A DNA stretch of 64,000 nt from positions 320,001-384,000 of the forward strand of contig CAVQEQ010000004.1 in the NCBI GenBank assembly GCA_963711565.1. The letters run 5' to 3'. The stretch is from an uncultured delta proteobacterium (GTDB lineage Bacteria; Desulfobacterota; Binatia; Binatales; Binataceae). Positions 1-10,676 of the stretch are shown piece by piece (within the stretch, counting starts at the first letter, position 1; each line of letters starts with the position of its first letter). The notes beneath the pieces were generated by a model. It saw only the letters and a program-made list of their open reading frames with translations. It was not told where the DNA came from and did no database searches. The position numbers and the translations under genes were made by a program.

Positions 1-1
1 A

Positions 2-1408
2 TTGACCGCGGTGACGCCTATAGACGGCCGCTACCGCGCGCGCACCCGGAGCTTGGAGGCCTGGTTCAGCGAGTTCGCGCTGATTCGCTACCGCGTCCGC
101 GTCGAAATCGAATGGTACCTGTCGCTCGCCGGGCATCCTGAGATCGGCGCATTGAAAGCGATTCCCGCCGCGACCGCGAAAAAGCTCCGCGCAGTTTACG
201 AGGACTTCACGCTCGACGACGCGCGCCGTGTGAAGGATCTCGAAGCGACCACCAATCACAACGTCAAGGCGGTCGAGTATTTCGTCAAGGAGCGAGTCGC
301 CGCGATCGACCGCGCGCTGCCGATCGAGATGGTGCATTTCGCATGCACCTCCGAGGACATCAACAACCTCGCCTACGCGCTCATCCTGAAAGAGTTCGTC
401 GAGAACGATCTTACGCCGCGGCTCGAAGCGGCGAACGCGCCGATCGTCAAGCTCGCGCATCGCTACAAGGCGCATCCGATGATGGCGCGGACGCACGGCC
501 AGGAAGCGTCGCCGACGACGGTCGGCAAGGAGATGGCGATTTTCGCGACGCGCCTCGCGCGCCAACTCTCGCAGCTTCGCCGGCAGGAATTTCTCGGCAA
601 GCTCAACGGCGCCGTCGGCAATTTCAATGCGCACCATTTCGCCCATCCCGAGGTCGATTGGATTGCGCACTCGCGGAATTTCGTCGAGCGCCTCGGCCTG
701 ACCTGGAATCCGCTCACCACGCAGATCGAGAGCCACGATTTTATCGCCGAACTGTTCGGCGTCCTGATGCGCATCGACACGATCCTGCTCGGCTTCTGCC
801 GCGACATGTGGAGCTACATCTCGATCGGCTACTTCGCGCAGAAGGCCGTCGCCGGCGAGACTGGGTCGTCGGTGATGCCGCACAAGGTCAATCCGATCGA
901 CTTCGAGAACTGCGAGGGCAACCTCGGAATCGCGAGCGCACTGTTCGACCATCTCGCGCAGAAGCTGCCGGTCTCACGATGGCAGCGCGACCTGACGGAC
1001 AGCACCGCGATTCGGGCGATGGGCACCGCATTCGGTCATCTGGTCGTAGCGCTGGCGTCGTTGGAGCGCGGCCTTCAGCGCGTCGAGGTCAACGAGGTGC
1101 GCATCGTCGAGGATCTCGAGGCCGAACAGGCGTGGGAGGTCGTCGCCGAGGCGATTCAGACTCTGATGCGGCGCCACGGGCTGCCGAAACCGTACGAGAC
1201 GCTCAAAGAACTGACGCGCGGCCGTCGGATCGATAAACGCGTCATCGAGGAGTTCATCACGACGCTACCGCTGGATGCCGCCGCCAAGCGCGCTATGCGC
1301 GAGCTGAATCCGCGCAGTTACGTGGGACTCGCAGCGAAGCTCGTCGAGCAATTCGCGCCTAAGAACCTAACCCCTAACCCCTTCCTTCGAGGGAAGGGGA
1401 ACCGGTGA
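2..1408 (+). CDS. purB: Adenylosuccinate lyase (5' end probably just outside the window)
   Basis: TAVTPIDGRY, HFACTSEDINN, ARTHGQ and GSSVMPHKVNPIDFEN signatures. The last ~14 codons come from a repeat element. Confidence 0.96.
   Translation: MTAVTPIDGRYRARTRSLEAWFSEFALIRYRVRVEIEWYLSLAGHPEIGALKAIPAATAKKLRAVYEDFTLDDARRVKDLEATTNHNVKAVEYFVKERVAAIDRALPIEMVHFACTSEDINNLAYALILKEFVENDLTPRLEAANAPIVKLAHRYKAHPMMARTHGQEASPTTVGKEMAIFATRLARQLSQLRRQEFLGKLNGAVGNFNAHHFAHPEVDWIAHSRNFVERLGLTWNPLTTQIESHDFIAELFGVLMRIDTILLGFCRDMWSYISIGYFAQKAVAGETGSSVMPHKVNPIDFENCEGNLGIASALFDHLAQKLPVSRWQRDLTDSTAIRAMGTAFGHLVVALASLERGLQRVEVNEVRIVEDLEAEQAWEVVAEAIQTLMRRHGLPKPYETLKELTRGRRIDKRVIEEFITTLPLDAAAKRAMRELNPRSYVGLAAKLVEQFAPKNLTPNPFLRGKGNR
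1363..1403 (+). repeat. Palindromic repeat family B, copy 1 (inside purB 3' end)
   Basis: GAACCTAACCCCTAACCCCTTCCTTCGAGGGAAGGGGAACC; near-identical to 28303-28342 and to the reverse complement of 49214-49254. Confidence 0.9.
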
Positions 1409-1537
1409 CTTGCACTCTATCCACAACGCCCTCGGGAACGTTTGTGGACAACTGGCGCCGGCTTCGTTGTGATGATGCGACCGGTCGGTAAGATGATTAG
1501 ATTAACGTATTCCAATCGAACCGAAGGGAGAACCAAC

Positions 1538-2254
1538 GTGGAAACGACTCCGCAAAAACTCGAAATGTTTTACGAGGGCAAGGCGAAGAAACTTTACTCC
1601 ACGGCCGACCCCGACCTCGTAATCGCCTACTTCAAAGACGACGCCACCGCCTTCAACGGCAAGAAGAAGGACACCATCGAGGACAAGGGCGTGATGAACA
1701 ACCGCATGTCGGAGTTGTTTTTCACGCTGCTCGAAAAGAATGGCGTCAAGACGCACTTTGTCCGCCGCCTGAACGATCGCGAGATGCTCTGCAAGCGCCT
1801 CCAGATCATTCCGGTCGAGACTGTCGTGCGGAATATCGTCGCGGGCTCGATGGCGAAACGGCTCGGGCGCGAGGAGGGCGAGCCGCTGCCGCATCCGATT
1901 GTCGAGTACTACTACAAGTCCGACGCGCTCGACGATCCGCTGATCATCGGCGAGCATGCGATCGCGTTTGGATGGGCCACCGCCGCGGAACTCAAGCAGG
2001 TTGACGAGATGGCGCTGAAGGTGAATTCGATACTGAAAAGATTTCTCGACGAGCGCGGCGTGATCCTCGTCGATTTCAAGCTCGAATTCGGACGCTACCA
2101 AGGCGAGGTTATTCTCGGCGACGAAATCTGCCCCGACACTTGCCGCTTCTGGGACAAGGCGACGCGCCAGAAGCTCGACAAGGATCGCTTCCGCCGCGAT
2201 CTCGGCGGCGTCGAGGAGGCCTATCACGAGATGCTGCGCCGGGTGGAAATCTGA
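1538..2254 (+). CDS. purC: SAICAR synthetase
   Basis: [50 protein letters not shown]; GTG start after GAAGGGAG. Confidence 0.96.
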   Translation: METTPQKLEMFYEGKAKKLYSTADPDLVIAYFKDDATAFNGKKKDTIEDKGVMNNRMSELFFTLLEKNGVKTHFVRRLNDREMLCKRLQIIPVETVVRNIVAGSMAKRLGREEGEPLPHPIVEYYYKSDALDDPLIIGEHAIAFGWATAAELKQVDEMALKVNSILKRFLDERGVILVDFKLEFGRYQGEVILGDEICPDTCRFWDKATRQKLDKDRFRRDLGGVEEAYHEMLRRVEI

Positions 2255-2285
2255 TGGCCGACGCCGACGCGCGCGAGGGAGTGAG

Positions 2286-2531
2286 TTGCAAGTAAGAGTG
2301 TTCGTGACGCCCCGCAAGGGGATCCTCGACCCGCAAGGGCGCGCGGTCGAAAGTTCGCTCCAGAGTCTCGGCTTCAAAAACGTCTCAGGCGTCAAAGTCG
2401 GCAAGTACATCACGCTCGAAGTCGAAGCGCGCACTCCGTCCGACGCGCGCGACGAAGCAAAAAAAATGTGCGAGGCGCTCCTCGCCAACCCGGTGATCGA
2501 GGACTACCGCTTCGAGGTGGACGGCGAATGA
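2286..2531 (+). CDS. purS: FGAM synthase subunit PurS
   Basis: ILDPQGRAV and LLANPVIEDY motifs; operon position. Confidence 0.95.
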   Translation: MQVRVFVTPRKGILDPQGRAVESSLQSLGFKNVSGVKVGKYITLEVEARTPSDARDEAKKMCEALLANPVIEDYRFEVDGE

Positions 2532-3217
2532 AGTGGGGTGTCGTGCGCTTCCCCGGCTCGCTGGACGACGGCGACGCGCTGCATGCGCTCGCGGACGTGA
2601 TGGGCCAGGACGCGCGCATCCTGTGGCACAAGGACGAATCGCTCGGCGGCGCCGAATGCATCCTGCTGCCGGGCGGCTTCAGCTACGGCGACTACCTGCG
2701 CACCGGCGCGATCGCGCGCTTCTCGCCGATCATGAAGAGCGTGGCGAAGTTCGCCGCCGACGGCGGCCTCGTCATCGGCACCTGCAACGGCTTTCAGATT
2801 CTGTGCGAGGCGCATCTGCTGCCCGGCGCGCTCACGCGCAACCGCTCGCTCTCCTTTATATGCGAGCGCGTGTGGCTCCGCGTCGAGAATGCGAGCACGC
2901 CGTTCACGCGCGCGACGAAGAATGGCGAAGTGCTGCAGTTGCCGATCAAGCACGGCGAAGGTTTGTACGTCGCGCCCGAAGATGAACTGCGCCAGATGGA
3001 AGAGCGCGGGCAGGTGATTCTGCGCTACGTCGATGCGGACGGGCGCGAGAGCGACGCGTCGAATCCCAACGGCTCGATGCGCTCGATCGCGGGCGTCGCC
3101 AACGAGCGCTTCAACGTTTTCGGTTTGATGCCGCATCCAGAGCATGCGGTAGAGCCGATGCTCGGCGGCGTCGACGGCCTCAAGATTTTTCAGTCGATTG
3201 CGGGGAGCGCGCGATGA
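2528..3217 (+). CDS. purQ: FGAM synthase glutaminase subunit PurQ
   Basis: [31 protein letters not shown]; ATGA overlap with purS. Confidence 0.96.
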   Translation: MKWGVVRFPGSLDDGDALHALADVMGQDARILWHKDESLGGAECILLPGGFSYGDYLRTGAIARFSPIMKSVAKFAADGGLVIGTCNGFQILCEAHLLPGALTRNRSLSFICERVWLRVENASTPFTRATKNGEVLQLPIKHGEGLYVAPEDELRQMEERGQVILRYVDADGRESDASNPNGSMRSIAGVANERFNVFGLMPHPEHAVEPMLGGVDGLKIFQSIAGSAR

Positions 3218-5439
3218 GCGAGCGTCCCGTTTCGCTTGCGGGAGAGCCGAAAGCCGATGTCGAGCAGGCCCGCGCGTTCGGTCTTACGCCCGACGAGTTT
3301 CGCAAGATCGAAGAGATCATCGGCCGCACGCCGACCTACACCGAGCTCGGCGTTTTCTCCGTGATGTGGTCGGAGCATTGCTCGTACAAATCGTCGCGGC
3401 GTCATCTGCGGATGCTGCCGTCGAAGAGCGAACTGGTCGTGCAGGGGCCGGGCGAGAACGCCGGCGCAATCAACGTCGGCGACGGCTGGGCCGCCGTCTT
3501 CAAAATCGAAAGCCACAACCATCCGTCGTTCGTCGAGCCCTACCAGGGCGCGGCGACCGGCGTCGGCGGAATCCTGCGCGACATTTTCACGATGGGCGCG
3601 CGGCCGGTCGCGAGCATGAACTCGCTCAAGTTCGGCAGCTTCGACCATCCGCGCACGCGCTACCTGCTCGGCGGCGTGGTCGGCGGCATCGGCGGTTACG
3701 GCAACTGTGTGGGCGTGCCGACCGTCGCCGGCGAGGTGATGTTCGACGCCGCCTACAACGCAAACATCCTCGTCAACGCGTTTTGCCTCGGGCTGGTGCG
3801 CAAGGGCGAGATGATGAGCGCGAAGGCGCGCGGCGTCGGCAACCCCGTTCTTTACGTTGGCTCTGCGACGGGACGAGACGGGATTCACGGCGCGTCGATG
3901 GCGTCGGCGGAGTTCGACAAGGAGAGCGAAGCCAAGCGTCCGGCGGTGCAGGTCGGCGATCCGTTCACCGAGAAACTATTGATCGAGGCGTGCCTCGAAG
4001 CCGGCAAGACCGGCGCGATTGTCGCTATCCAGGACATGGGCGCGGCTGGCCTCACGTCGTCGTCGAGCGAGATGCCGTCGCATGGCGGGCTGGGGATCGA
4101 ACTCGATCTCGACAAGGTGCCGCTGCGCGAGGCGAATCTGACGCCCTACGAAATCCTGCTCTCCGAATCGCAGGAGCGGATGCTGATCGTCGCCGAGCGC
4201 GGGCGCGAGGCGGAGCTGCAGGCGGTCTTCGAGAAGTGGGACCTGCACGCGGTGGTTATCGGGCGCATTACCGACGACCAGCGATGGCGCGCCCGATGGC
4301 ACGGGCAGGTCGTCGCGGACATTCCAATCGGCGCGCTCGCCGATGACGCGCCGGTATATGATCGTCCAGCGGCGCCGCCGAAGATTCAGCCATCCGCCAA
4401 AACATCGACCGCTAAACATCCTGAGACCTCGAAAGCCCTGCGCGCGCTGCTCGACAGTCCCAACGTCGCGTCGAAGAAGTGGGTGTATCGGCAATACGAT
4501 TCGATCGTGCAGAGCAATACGGTGCTGGGCCCTGGCAGTGACGCGGCCGTGCTGCGAATCAAGAATTCGCGGCGCGCGATGGCGCTCAAAGTCGATTCGA
4601 ATCCGCGCGCGTGCGCGCTCGACCCTTATCTCGGCGCGATCGGCGTCGTCTGCGAAGCAGCGCGCAACGTCGCGTGCGCCGGGGCGCGTCCGGTGGGAAT
4701 CACCAATTGCCTCAACTACGGCAATCCCGAACGGCCCGAGGTGATGTGGCAGTTTATCCGCGGCGTCGAGGGCTTGCGCGACGCGTCGCTCGCGTTCGGC
4801 GCGCCGGTGGTCAGCGGCAACGTGAGCTTTTACAACGAAACCGAAGGCCACGCGATTCCGCCGACGCCAACGATTGCCGTGCTGGGCGTGATGATCGACG
4901 TGGCTAAACACGTCACGCAGTTTTTCAAGAACCCCGGCGACGTAATCGCATTGGTTCGCACCGCAATGCCTTCCTTGGCCGCGAGCGAGTATTCGGCCCT
5001 CTTCGGAATCGACGGCGGGAGCCTCAATCCGATTGACCTGGCGCTGGAATCCGCCCTTATCGAGGGGTTGGTTGAAGGCAGTGAACAGGGGCTGATAAGA
5101 TCGGCTCACGATATCGCCGAGGGCGGGCTTGCGGTGGCATTGGCCGAAGCCTGTTTCAATCCGCGGGCGATTCTGGGAGCCGAAGTTTTGCTTGGGCGAG
5201 CTGGAAACGCTGACGCGGTTTTTTTCGGTGAAGGTGCTTCAACCGTGATTTTGTCCGTCGCTCCAGGCGACGTGGCCCGCGTCGAGAAATTATTTGCGGG
5301 CCACGGGTTGGAGTTTGCGGTTGTCGGAAAAGTGATCGCCGATCCGCGGCTCAAGCTCGGGTCGCTCGACGAAAGCGTTTCCGAATTGCAGCGAATTTAC
5401 GAAGACGCGATTCCAGGGAGGCTCAGAAGCGATGACTGA
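3214..5439 (+). CDS. purL: FGAM synthase subunit PurL (small type)
   Basis: [51 protein letters not shown]. Confidence 0.97.
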   Translation: MSERPVSLAGEPKADVEQARAFGLTPDEFRKIEEIIGRTPTYTELGVFSVMWSEHCSYKSSRRHLRMLPSKSELVVQGPGENAGAINVGDGWAAVFKIESHNHPSFVEPYQGAATGVGGILRDIFTMGARPVASMNSLKFGSFDHPRTRYLLGGVVGGIGGYGNCVGVPTVAGEVMFDAAYNANILVNAFCLGLVRKGEMMSAKARGVGNPVLYVGSATGRDGIHGASMASAEFDKESEAKRPAVQVGDPFTEKLLIEACLEAGKTGAIVAIQDMGAAGLTSSSSEMPSHGGLGIELDLDKVPLREANLTPYEILLSESQERMLIVAERGREAELQAVFEKWDLHAVVIGRITDDQRWRARWHGQVVADIPIGALADDAPVYDRPAAPPKIQPSAKTSTAKHPETSKALRALLDSPNVASKKWVYRQYDSIVQSNTVLGPGSDAAVLRIKNSRRAMALKVDSNPRACALDPYLGAIGVVCEAARNVACAGARPVGITNCLNYGNPERPEVMWQFIRGVEGLRDASLAFGAPVVSGNVSFYNETEGHAIPPTPTIAVLGVMIDVAKHVTQFFKNPGDVIALVRTAMPSLAASEYSALFGIDGGSLNPIDLALESALIEGLVEGSEQGLIRSAHDIAEGGLAVALAEACFNPRAILGAEVLLGRAGNADAVFFGEGASTVILSVAPGDVARVEKLFAGHGLEFAVVGKVIADPRLKLGSLDESVSELQRIYEDAIPGRLRSDD

Positions 5440-6911
5440 AGAAGATTCGGTCCTTGCGGTCGAAGCAGTCGAAGAATCGCCACTCAACGTCTTCCACGAG
5501 GAGTGCGGCGTGTTCGGCGTTTACCGCCATCCCGAAGCCGCCAACCTCGCCTACCTCGGTCTCTACGCGCAGCAGCATCGCGGGCAGGAGTCGGCGGGTA
5601 TCGTCTCGTCCAACGGCAAGTCGCTCATCTCGCATCGCGGGATGGGCCTGGTCGCCGATGTTTTCAACAACACAATCATCGAGGCGCTCGAAGGCACCAG
5701 CGCAATTGGGCACAACCGCTACTCAACCACCGGCTCGACGACGATCGGCAACTGCCAGCCGCTGGTGGTCGAGTACGCGCGCGGCGGGCTGGCGCTCGCG
5801 CATAACGGCAACCTGGTAAATTTCACCGAACTGCGCGAACGGCTCGAGTTCGACGGGCTCGATTTTCCAGTCGTCGTCGGACAGCGAGGTGATGATTCAT
5901 CTGATCGCGGCGTCGCACGCGCCCACCCTGCCGGAGCGTGTCGCCGAAGCATTGGCGCAAGTGCGCGGCGCGTATTCGCTGGTGGTGCTGACCGAAGATT
6001 CGTTGATCGCGGTGCGCGATCCGCACGGCTTCCGGCCGCTGGTGCTAGGCAACCTCAACGGTGCGACCATCGTGGCGTCCGAGACCTGCGCGCTGGATTT
6101 GGTGCGCGCCGAATATGTTCGCGAGATCAATCCCGGCGAGATGATCGTCGTCGATGAAGGCGGGCTGCGCTCGATGAGTCCGTTCGCGCATGCGCCGACC
6201 AAGCGATGCATCTTCGAGTACGTCTATTTCTCGCGGCCCGACAGCCAGGTTTACAGCCGCAACGTGTATCAAGTTCGCAAGCAGCATGGCCGCGCGCTCG
6301 CGCGCGAGGCGCCGGCCGAGGCGGACATCGTCGTGCCCGTGCCAGATTCGGGCACGCCCGCCGCGCTCGGCTACGCCGAAGAATCGGGAATCCCGTTCGA
6401 GATGGGTCTCGTGCGCAGCCATTACGTCGGCCGCACGTTTATCGAGCCGCGCTCGTCGATTCGCCATTTTGGCGTGAAGATCAAATTCAACCCGGTGGCG
6501 GAATTGCTGCGCGGCAAGCGAATCGTGCTGATCGAAGACTCACTGGTGCGCGGCACCACGCTCAGCAAAGTGATCCCGATGCTGCGGCAGGCGGGCGCGC
6601 GCGAGGTTCACATGCGCATCGCGGCGCCTCCCACCACCAACTCATGTTTCTACGGAATCGACACGCCCACGCGCGAGGAACTGCTGGCGTCGTCGCATTC
6701 GATCGAAGAGATCCGCCGCTATATCACTGCCGACTCGCTCGCCTACCTGAGTTGGGATGGGCTGTACTCGTTCAACGGCGAGAGCCGCGAGGGATTTTGC
6801 GACGCGTGCTTCACCGGCAATTACCCGGTCGAGATTCCGCGCGACACCACGCCCGCGCAGTTGCATCTTTTTCTCGCCAATGAGGACGGGTTGAAAGCGG
6901 ATCGGCGCTAG
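5432..6911 (+). CDS. purF: Amidophosphoribosyltransferase, frameshifted at ~5855-5857 (sequence error or pseudogene)
   Basis: N-half has [28 protein letters not shown]; C-half has [30 protein letters not shown]. Removing one G from GACGGGCTCG restores [13 protein letters not shown]. Confidence 0.93.
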
Positions 6912-6947
6912 CCCATCCTGCGATTGCCTTCCCTTTAAACGTCAACG

Positions 6948-7787
6948 CTACGATTCGCAGGTGGCGATGTCCTCGATGAATTCTTTCATCGGCCGCTTCG
7001 ACACCAGGATGCAGATAAAGCCGCCCCGCGGCGGGTAGCTCAGGCAGATGCTGTATCCCTTGTACTCGTAGTAATGATGGATCCCAACTTCCTGCATCTC
7101 GCCGTCAGGCGGCTGCAGCCCGTGCGACTTCATGTAAGTGCACAGGATCGTCCCCATGTCGCCGCGATAGAAGGTGTAAGCGACCGAGGTCCCATCCGCC
7201 AGCCGATCGATCCGTCCGCCCATCAGCTTGTAGCCGACCGGCCGAAAGTTCCACAGGAATCCCGGCAGGTTGTGATCGATGTAGGCGTCCGAAAGGTCGG
7301 CGGGCAGCGTCGATTTGACGTTGGGCTCAAAGCGCTGGGCGAAGGTGTCGTAGTGCTGGATTGCTACGTCGAACGGAGGGATTGCCTGCGCCGGGGGCGG
7401 GCCGCCGACACCATGCAGTATCACGAACACGAAGACCGCGGCCGCGGCGATTGCCACCGGCGCCCACATTCGCGCGCGGCGAATCGAATACCACGGCGCG
7501 CGATCCGCGCCGGCCGAGCGATCGCTTCCGCGTGTCCCTGACTTTGAGGCGCCAGCCGCATCGACAGCGTCGAGCGCGGCGAGGATCGATCCCCGCACTA
7601 TCGCCGGCGTCTTGCGCATCGCGGCGCGCTCGCGCAGCAGCGCCTTGACCGCGCGCTCCTCGGCAAAGCGTGCGCGACAATTGACGCATCCCGCCAGATG
7701 CTCCTCGGCCTCGCGCAACTCTGCCGCGCTCAACTCGCCGTCAACATGAGCTGACAGGTACTTCTCGATGTAGGTGGCGCAATCCAC
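6948..7787 (-). CDS. Membrane-anchored zinc-binding anti-sigma factor (ZAS/zf-HC2, TM helix, extracytoplasmic domain)
   Basis: N-terminal LSAHVDGELS...EEHLAGCVNC (HxxxCxxC), central hydrophobic helix; directly downstream of the ECF sigma gene. Confidence 0.88.
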   Translation of the reverse strand: MDCATYIEKYLSAHVDGELSAAELREAEEHLAGCVNCRARFAEERAVKALLRERAAMRKTPAIVRGSILAALDAVDAAGASKSGTRGSDRSAGADRAPWYSIRRARMWAPVAIAAAAVFVFVILHGVGGPPPAQAIPPFDVAIQHYDTFAQRFEPNVKSTLPADLSDAYIDHNLPGFLWNFRPVGYKLMGGRIDRLADGTSVAYTFYRGDMGTILCTYMKSHGLQPPDGEMQEVGIHHYYEYKGYSICLSYPPRGGFICILVSKRPMKEFIEDIATCES

Positions 7788-7839
7788 TTTCTTTATCGTG
7801 CTCTTCTCGCTTCACTCCAACCGTCAGGCTTAGCCGGTG

Positions 7840-8418
7840 TCAAGACCGTATTATTCCATGCTCTTTGGCGAAGCTCGTTAGCGCCTCGCGCAGCATCGCG
7901 CGTCCCCGCGACACCCGCGATTTTACGGTACCGATTGGTATGTCGAGAACCCCCGAAACCTCCTGGTAGCTTAGTTCTTGTACATCGACGAGCAGAATCG
8001 CTTCGCGGAATTCCCCCGGCAGGCTCGCCAGCGCCGTCTCGACCTCACCCTCCATCCCTTGTCCCGAGAGCAAAGCCTCGGGATTCGATCCCGCCGGATC
8101 GACGCGCAGGCTTTCGCCCTCGACCTTGCGCTCGAACTCCTCGGCCGACGAGGCCGGCTGCTCGCGCGAGGACTTGCGATAGCCGTTGCGAAAGTTGTTG
8201 AACAGGATGGTGAGCATCCATGCGCGGCAATTCGTTCCGCTCTCGAACTGATGAAAGAAACGGTACGCACGCAGCACCGTCTCCTGCAGCAAATCGTTGG
8301 CGTCGTCGGGATTGCGCGCCAGCCGGATCGCCATCGTGTACAACGAGTCGAGATGAGGCAACGCCTCGTCTTCGAATCGCTTGCGCCGATCCGCGCCGGT
8401 GCCGCTTTTGTCCGCCAT
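7840..8418 (-). CDS. ECF RNA polymerase sigma factor (SigR/SigH-like)
   Basis: FEDEALPHLDSLY, DANDLLQET, FESGTNCRAW, SYQEVSGVLDIPIGTVKSRVSRGR. Confidence 0.93.
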   Translation of the reverse strand: MADKSGTGADRRKRFEDEALPHLDSLYTMAIRLARNPDDANDLLQETVLRAYRFFHQFESGTNCRAWMLTILFNNFRNGYRKSSREQPASSAEEFERKVEGESLRVDPAGSNPEALLSGQGMEGEVETALASLPGEFREAILLVDVQELSYQEVSGVLDIPIGTVKSRVSRGRAMLREALTSFAKEHGIIRS

Positions 8419-8470
8419 ATGCCGATTTCAGAACCATAGCATCCCGCGTTAGTGAAATCTTGCATAGCAA

Positions 8471-8496
8471 GGAAATGTTCCCACTAGCTCTTGTTG
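8471..8496 (+). promoter_or_regulatory. Putative ECF-type promoter for the precursor/DUF692 operon
   Basis: GGAAAT-N16-GTTG resembles the SigR/SigH GGAA...GTT consensus. The overlapping GGAAC on the minus strand faces the sigma gene. Confidence 0.5.
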
Positions 8497-8572
8497 GATT
8501 AGTACGTTTAGACTGTTAGAAGCAGCCGTAGTAGTTTCGGCGTGCGAAACAAACAGCCAGGGAGTTACGAAT

Positions 8573-8857
8573 ATGATCAAGACCAAACTCACGGGCGCGA
8601 TGCTGGCGACGGCCGTCGCACTGGTCTTCGCGGGCAATGCTGTTTATGCGGCTGATAGCAGCAACTCGACCGCGGCGCCGTCGCAGGTCAAATGCGTCGG
8701 CGGCAACGCGTGCAAGGGCCAGAGCTTGTGCCAGAGCGCACAGAGTAGCTGCAAGGGCGCAAACGCTTGCAAGGGCAAGGGCTACGTGATGACGCCGACG
8801 GCAAAGGAATGCGTCGCGGCAGGCGGCAAACCGGAGACCGTTACGAACAGCGACTAG
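8573..8857 (+). CDS. Secreted Cys-rich RiPP precursor (bufferin BufA2-like)
   Basis: Sec signal ending AVYA; core CVGGNACKGQSLCQSAQSSCKGANACKGKG...EC with 6 Cys; immediately upstream of DUF692. Confidence 0.85.
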   Translation: MIKTKLTGAMLATAVALVFAGNAVYAADSSNSTAAPSQVKCVGGNACKGQSLCQSAQSSCKGANACKGKGYVMTPTAKECVAAGGKPETVTNSD

Positions 8858-8870
8858 GCGCGGTCGCAAG

Positions 8871-9743
8871 ATGAAACGCTCCGATTTTCCAATGCTCGGT
8901 TACGGCGTCGGGCTAAGACGTCAGCACTACAGCCACGTCCTCGAGACTCGTCCCAGGGTCGATTGGTTCGAGGTCGTCTCAGAAAATTTCATGGTCGAGG
9001 GCGGGCGCGCGCTCGAAGTGCTCGAAGGGGTGCGTGCCAACTATCCTATCGCTGTGCATGGCGTGTCGATGTCGATTGGGTCCACCGACCCGCTGAATCG
9101 CGACTACCTGCGGCAACTGCGCGACCTCGCGCACCGCTTCGAGCCGGCCTGGATTTCGGATCACCTGTGCTGGACGGGAGTGGGCGGCCGCAATCTTCAC
9201 GACCTGCTCCCGCTGCCATACACCGAGGAGGCTATCCGCCACGTCACCGCGCGAATCCGCAATGTGCAGGAGATACTGGAACGGCCGATCCTCATCGAGA
9301 ATGTCTCCAGCTACATGGCGTTCGCCGATTCGACGATGACCGAATGGGAATTCATTTCGGCGATCGCGGACGAAGCCGACTGCGGAATCCTGCTCGACAT
9401 CAACAATATCTTCGTCAGCGCCTTCAATCATCGCTTCGACGCCAATGACTACATCGACGCGGTGCCGGCCGAGCGCGTCGTGCAGTACCATCTCGCCGGG
9501 CATAGCGATCACGGCACTTACCTCCTCGATACCCACGACCATCCCGTACGTGACGAAGTGTGGGCGCTCTATGAGCGCGCGGCGCGACGCTTCGGCGCGG
9601 TCTCGGCGCTCGTCGAATGGGACGACAACATCCCGGAGTTCGCGGAGCTCGCCGATACCGCGGATCGCGCGCGCGATATTTTCAATGCCGACGCATCTCA
9701 ACAAACTCGAAAGCCTGCTCTATCGGCTGATCACCGCGCCTAA
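8871..9743 (+). CDS. DUF692 multinuclear non-heme iron oxidative enzyme (MNIO, BufB-like)
   Basis: GVGLR, WFEVVSENF, HGVSMSIG, SDHLCW, LLPLP, ENVSSY, LLDINN, HLAGH, DTHD, EWD. Confidence 0.95.
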   Translation: MKRSDFPMLGYGVGLRRQHYSHVLETRPRVDWFEVVSENFMVEGGRALEVLEGVRANYPIAVHGVSMSIGSTDPLNRDYLRQLRDLAHRFEPAWISDHLCWTGVGGRNLHDLLPLPYTEEAIRHVTARIRNVQEILERPILIENVSSYMAFADSTMTEWEFISAIADEADCGILLDINNIFVSAFNHRFDANDYIDAVPAERVVQYHLAGHSDHGTYLLDTHDHPVRDEVWALYERAARRFGAVSALVEWDDNIPEFAELADTADRARDIFNADASQQTRKPALSADHRA

Positions 9744-10515
9744 CGGCGTCGCCGAAGGACTCGCCGCCGAGCGCACGCTCGGCGCCGCCGGTCTCGACGC
9801 GATCGTGCTCGGCGACGATCGGCTGTCGGCGGAAGCTCGCGTCAACATTTACGCGAACATGTATTTCTACCGCATCCTCGACGCGCTCAAGGAGGATTTC
9901 CCCGCGACGCTCGCGGTCCTCGGCAATGACAATTTTCACAACCTCGTCACCGGCTACATTCTCGAATACCCACCGACCGAACCGTCGATTTCCTTTTGCG
10001 GAAGTCATCTCGCCGACTATCTGCGCGATCACCCGCTGCCCGACGGCGCGCCGTTCATCGCGGATCTCGCGCGGCTCGAACGCGCGACCGTCGAGATATT
10101 TCAAGCTGCCGACGCACCCGCGCTTGAGTCTGACGCGGTACGTGCAATTGCACCTGCAGACTGGCCTGCCATGAAGCTGACGATTCATCCGTCGGCGCAG
10201 ATACTCGCGCTCGATTGGCGAGTCTCGGATGTGTTGCGCGCAGTCGAGGAGCAGCGCAAATGGAAGGCGGTGGAGCAGGGCGCCGTGAGAGTCCTCGTAT
10301 GGCGACGCGACGCGCGCGTTTTCTACCGCGATCTCGAACCGGCGGAAGCCGACGCACTCGAAGCAGCCTCGCACAACGCGACCTTCGCAGAAATCTGCGA
10401 AGTCATCGCAGCCGCCGACATCGACGATCCCGTCGCAGCGATGAATCAAATGCTCGCGCGCTGGCTCTCCGACCGCCTGCTTACCATCCAGCCCTCGCCC
10501 CTGAAAGCAAAGTAG
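9685..10515 (+). CDS. DUF2063 MNIO partner protein (BufC-like)
   Basis: RVNIYANMY...LKEDFPA...LG...F and DLARLE motifs; follows DUF692. Confidence 0.88.
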   Translation: MPTHLNKLESLLYRLITAPNGVAEGLAAERTLGAAGLDAIVLGDDRLSAEARVNIYANMYFYRILDALKEDFPATLAVLGNDNFHNLVTGYILEYPPTEPSISFCGSHLADYLRDHPLPDGAPFIADLARLERATVEIFQAADAPALESDAVRAIAPADWPAMKLTIHPSAQILALDWRVSDVLRAVEEQRKWKAVEQGAVRVLVWRRDARVFYRDLEPAEADALEAASHNATFAEICEVIAAADIDDPVAAMNQMLARWLSDRLLTIQPSPLKAK

Positions 10516-10543
10516 CGCGCCGCGCGCAACTTTGCGCTTCGCA

Positions 10544-10568
10544 CTGGGTGCAGGGGTCACCCCCTGCC
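10544..10568 (+). repeat. Repeat family A, partial copy (first hairpin only)
   Basis: CTGGGTGCAGGGGTCACCCCCTGCC. Confidence 0.8.
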
Positions 10569-10676
10569 GCCCGCCGCGCAGGCGATTATTCTCTGCTCCG
10601 GATTCCTCCGCTTTGAGATGATCTTTGCCGGCCCCGCGGCTATAAGAATTGTTGAGCGCACTACGCGCCTCAATTC

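Noticed and set aside
9685-9743. 59-bp overlap of DUF692 and DUF2063 as a frameshifted fusion
   Set aside because: Both ORFs are full length with normal termini for their families.
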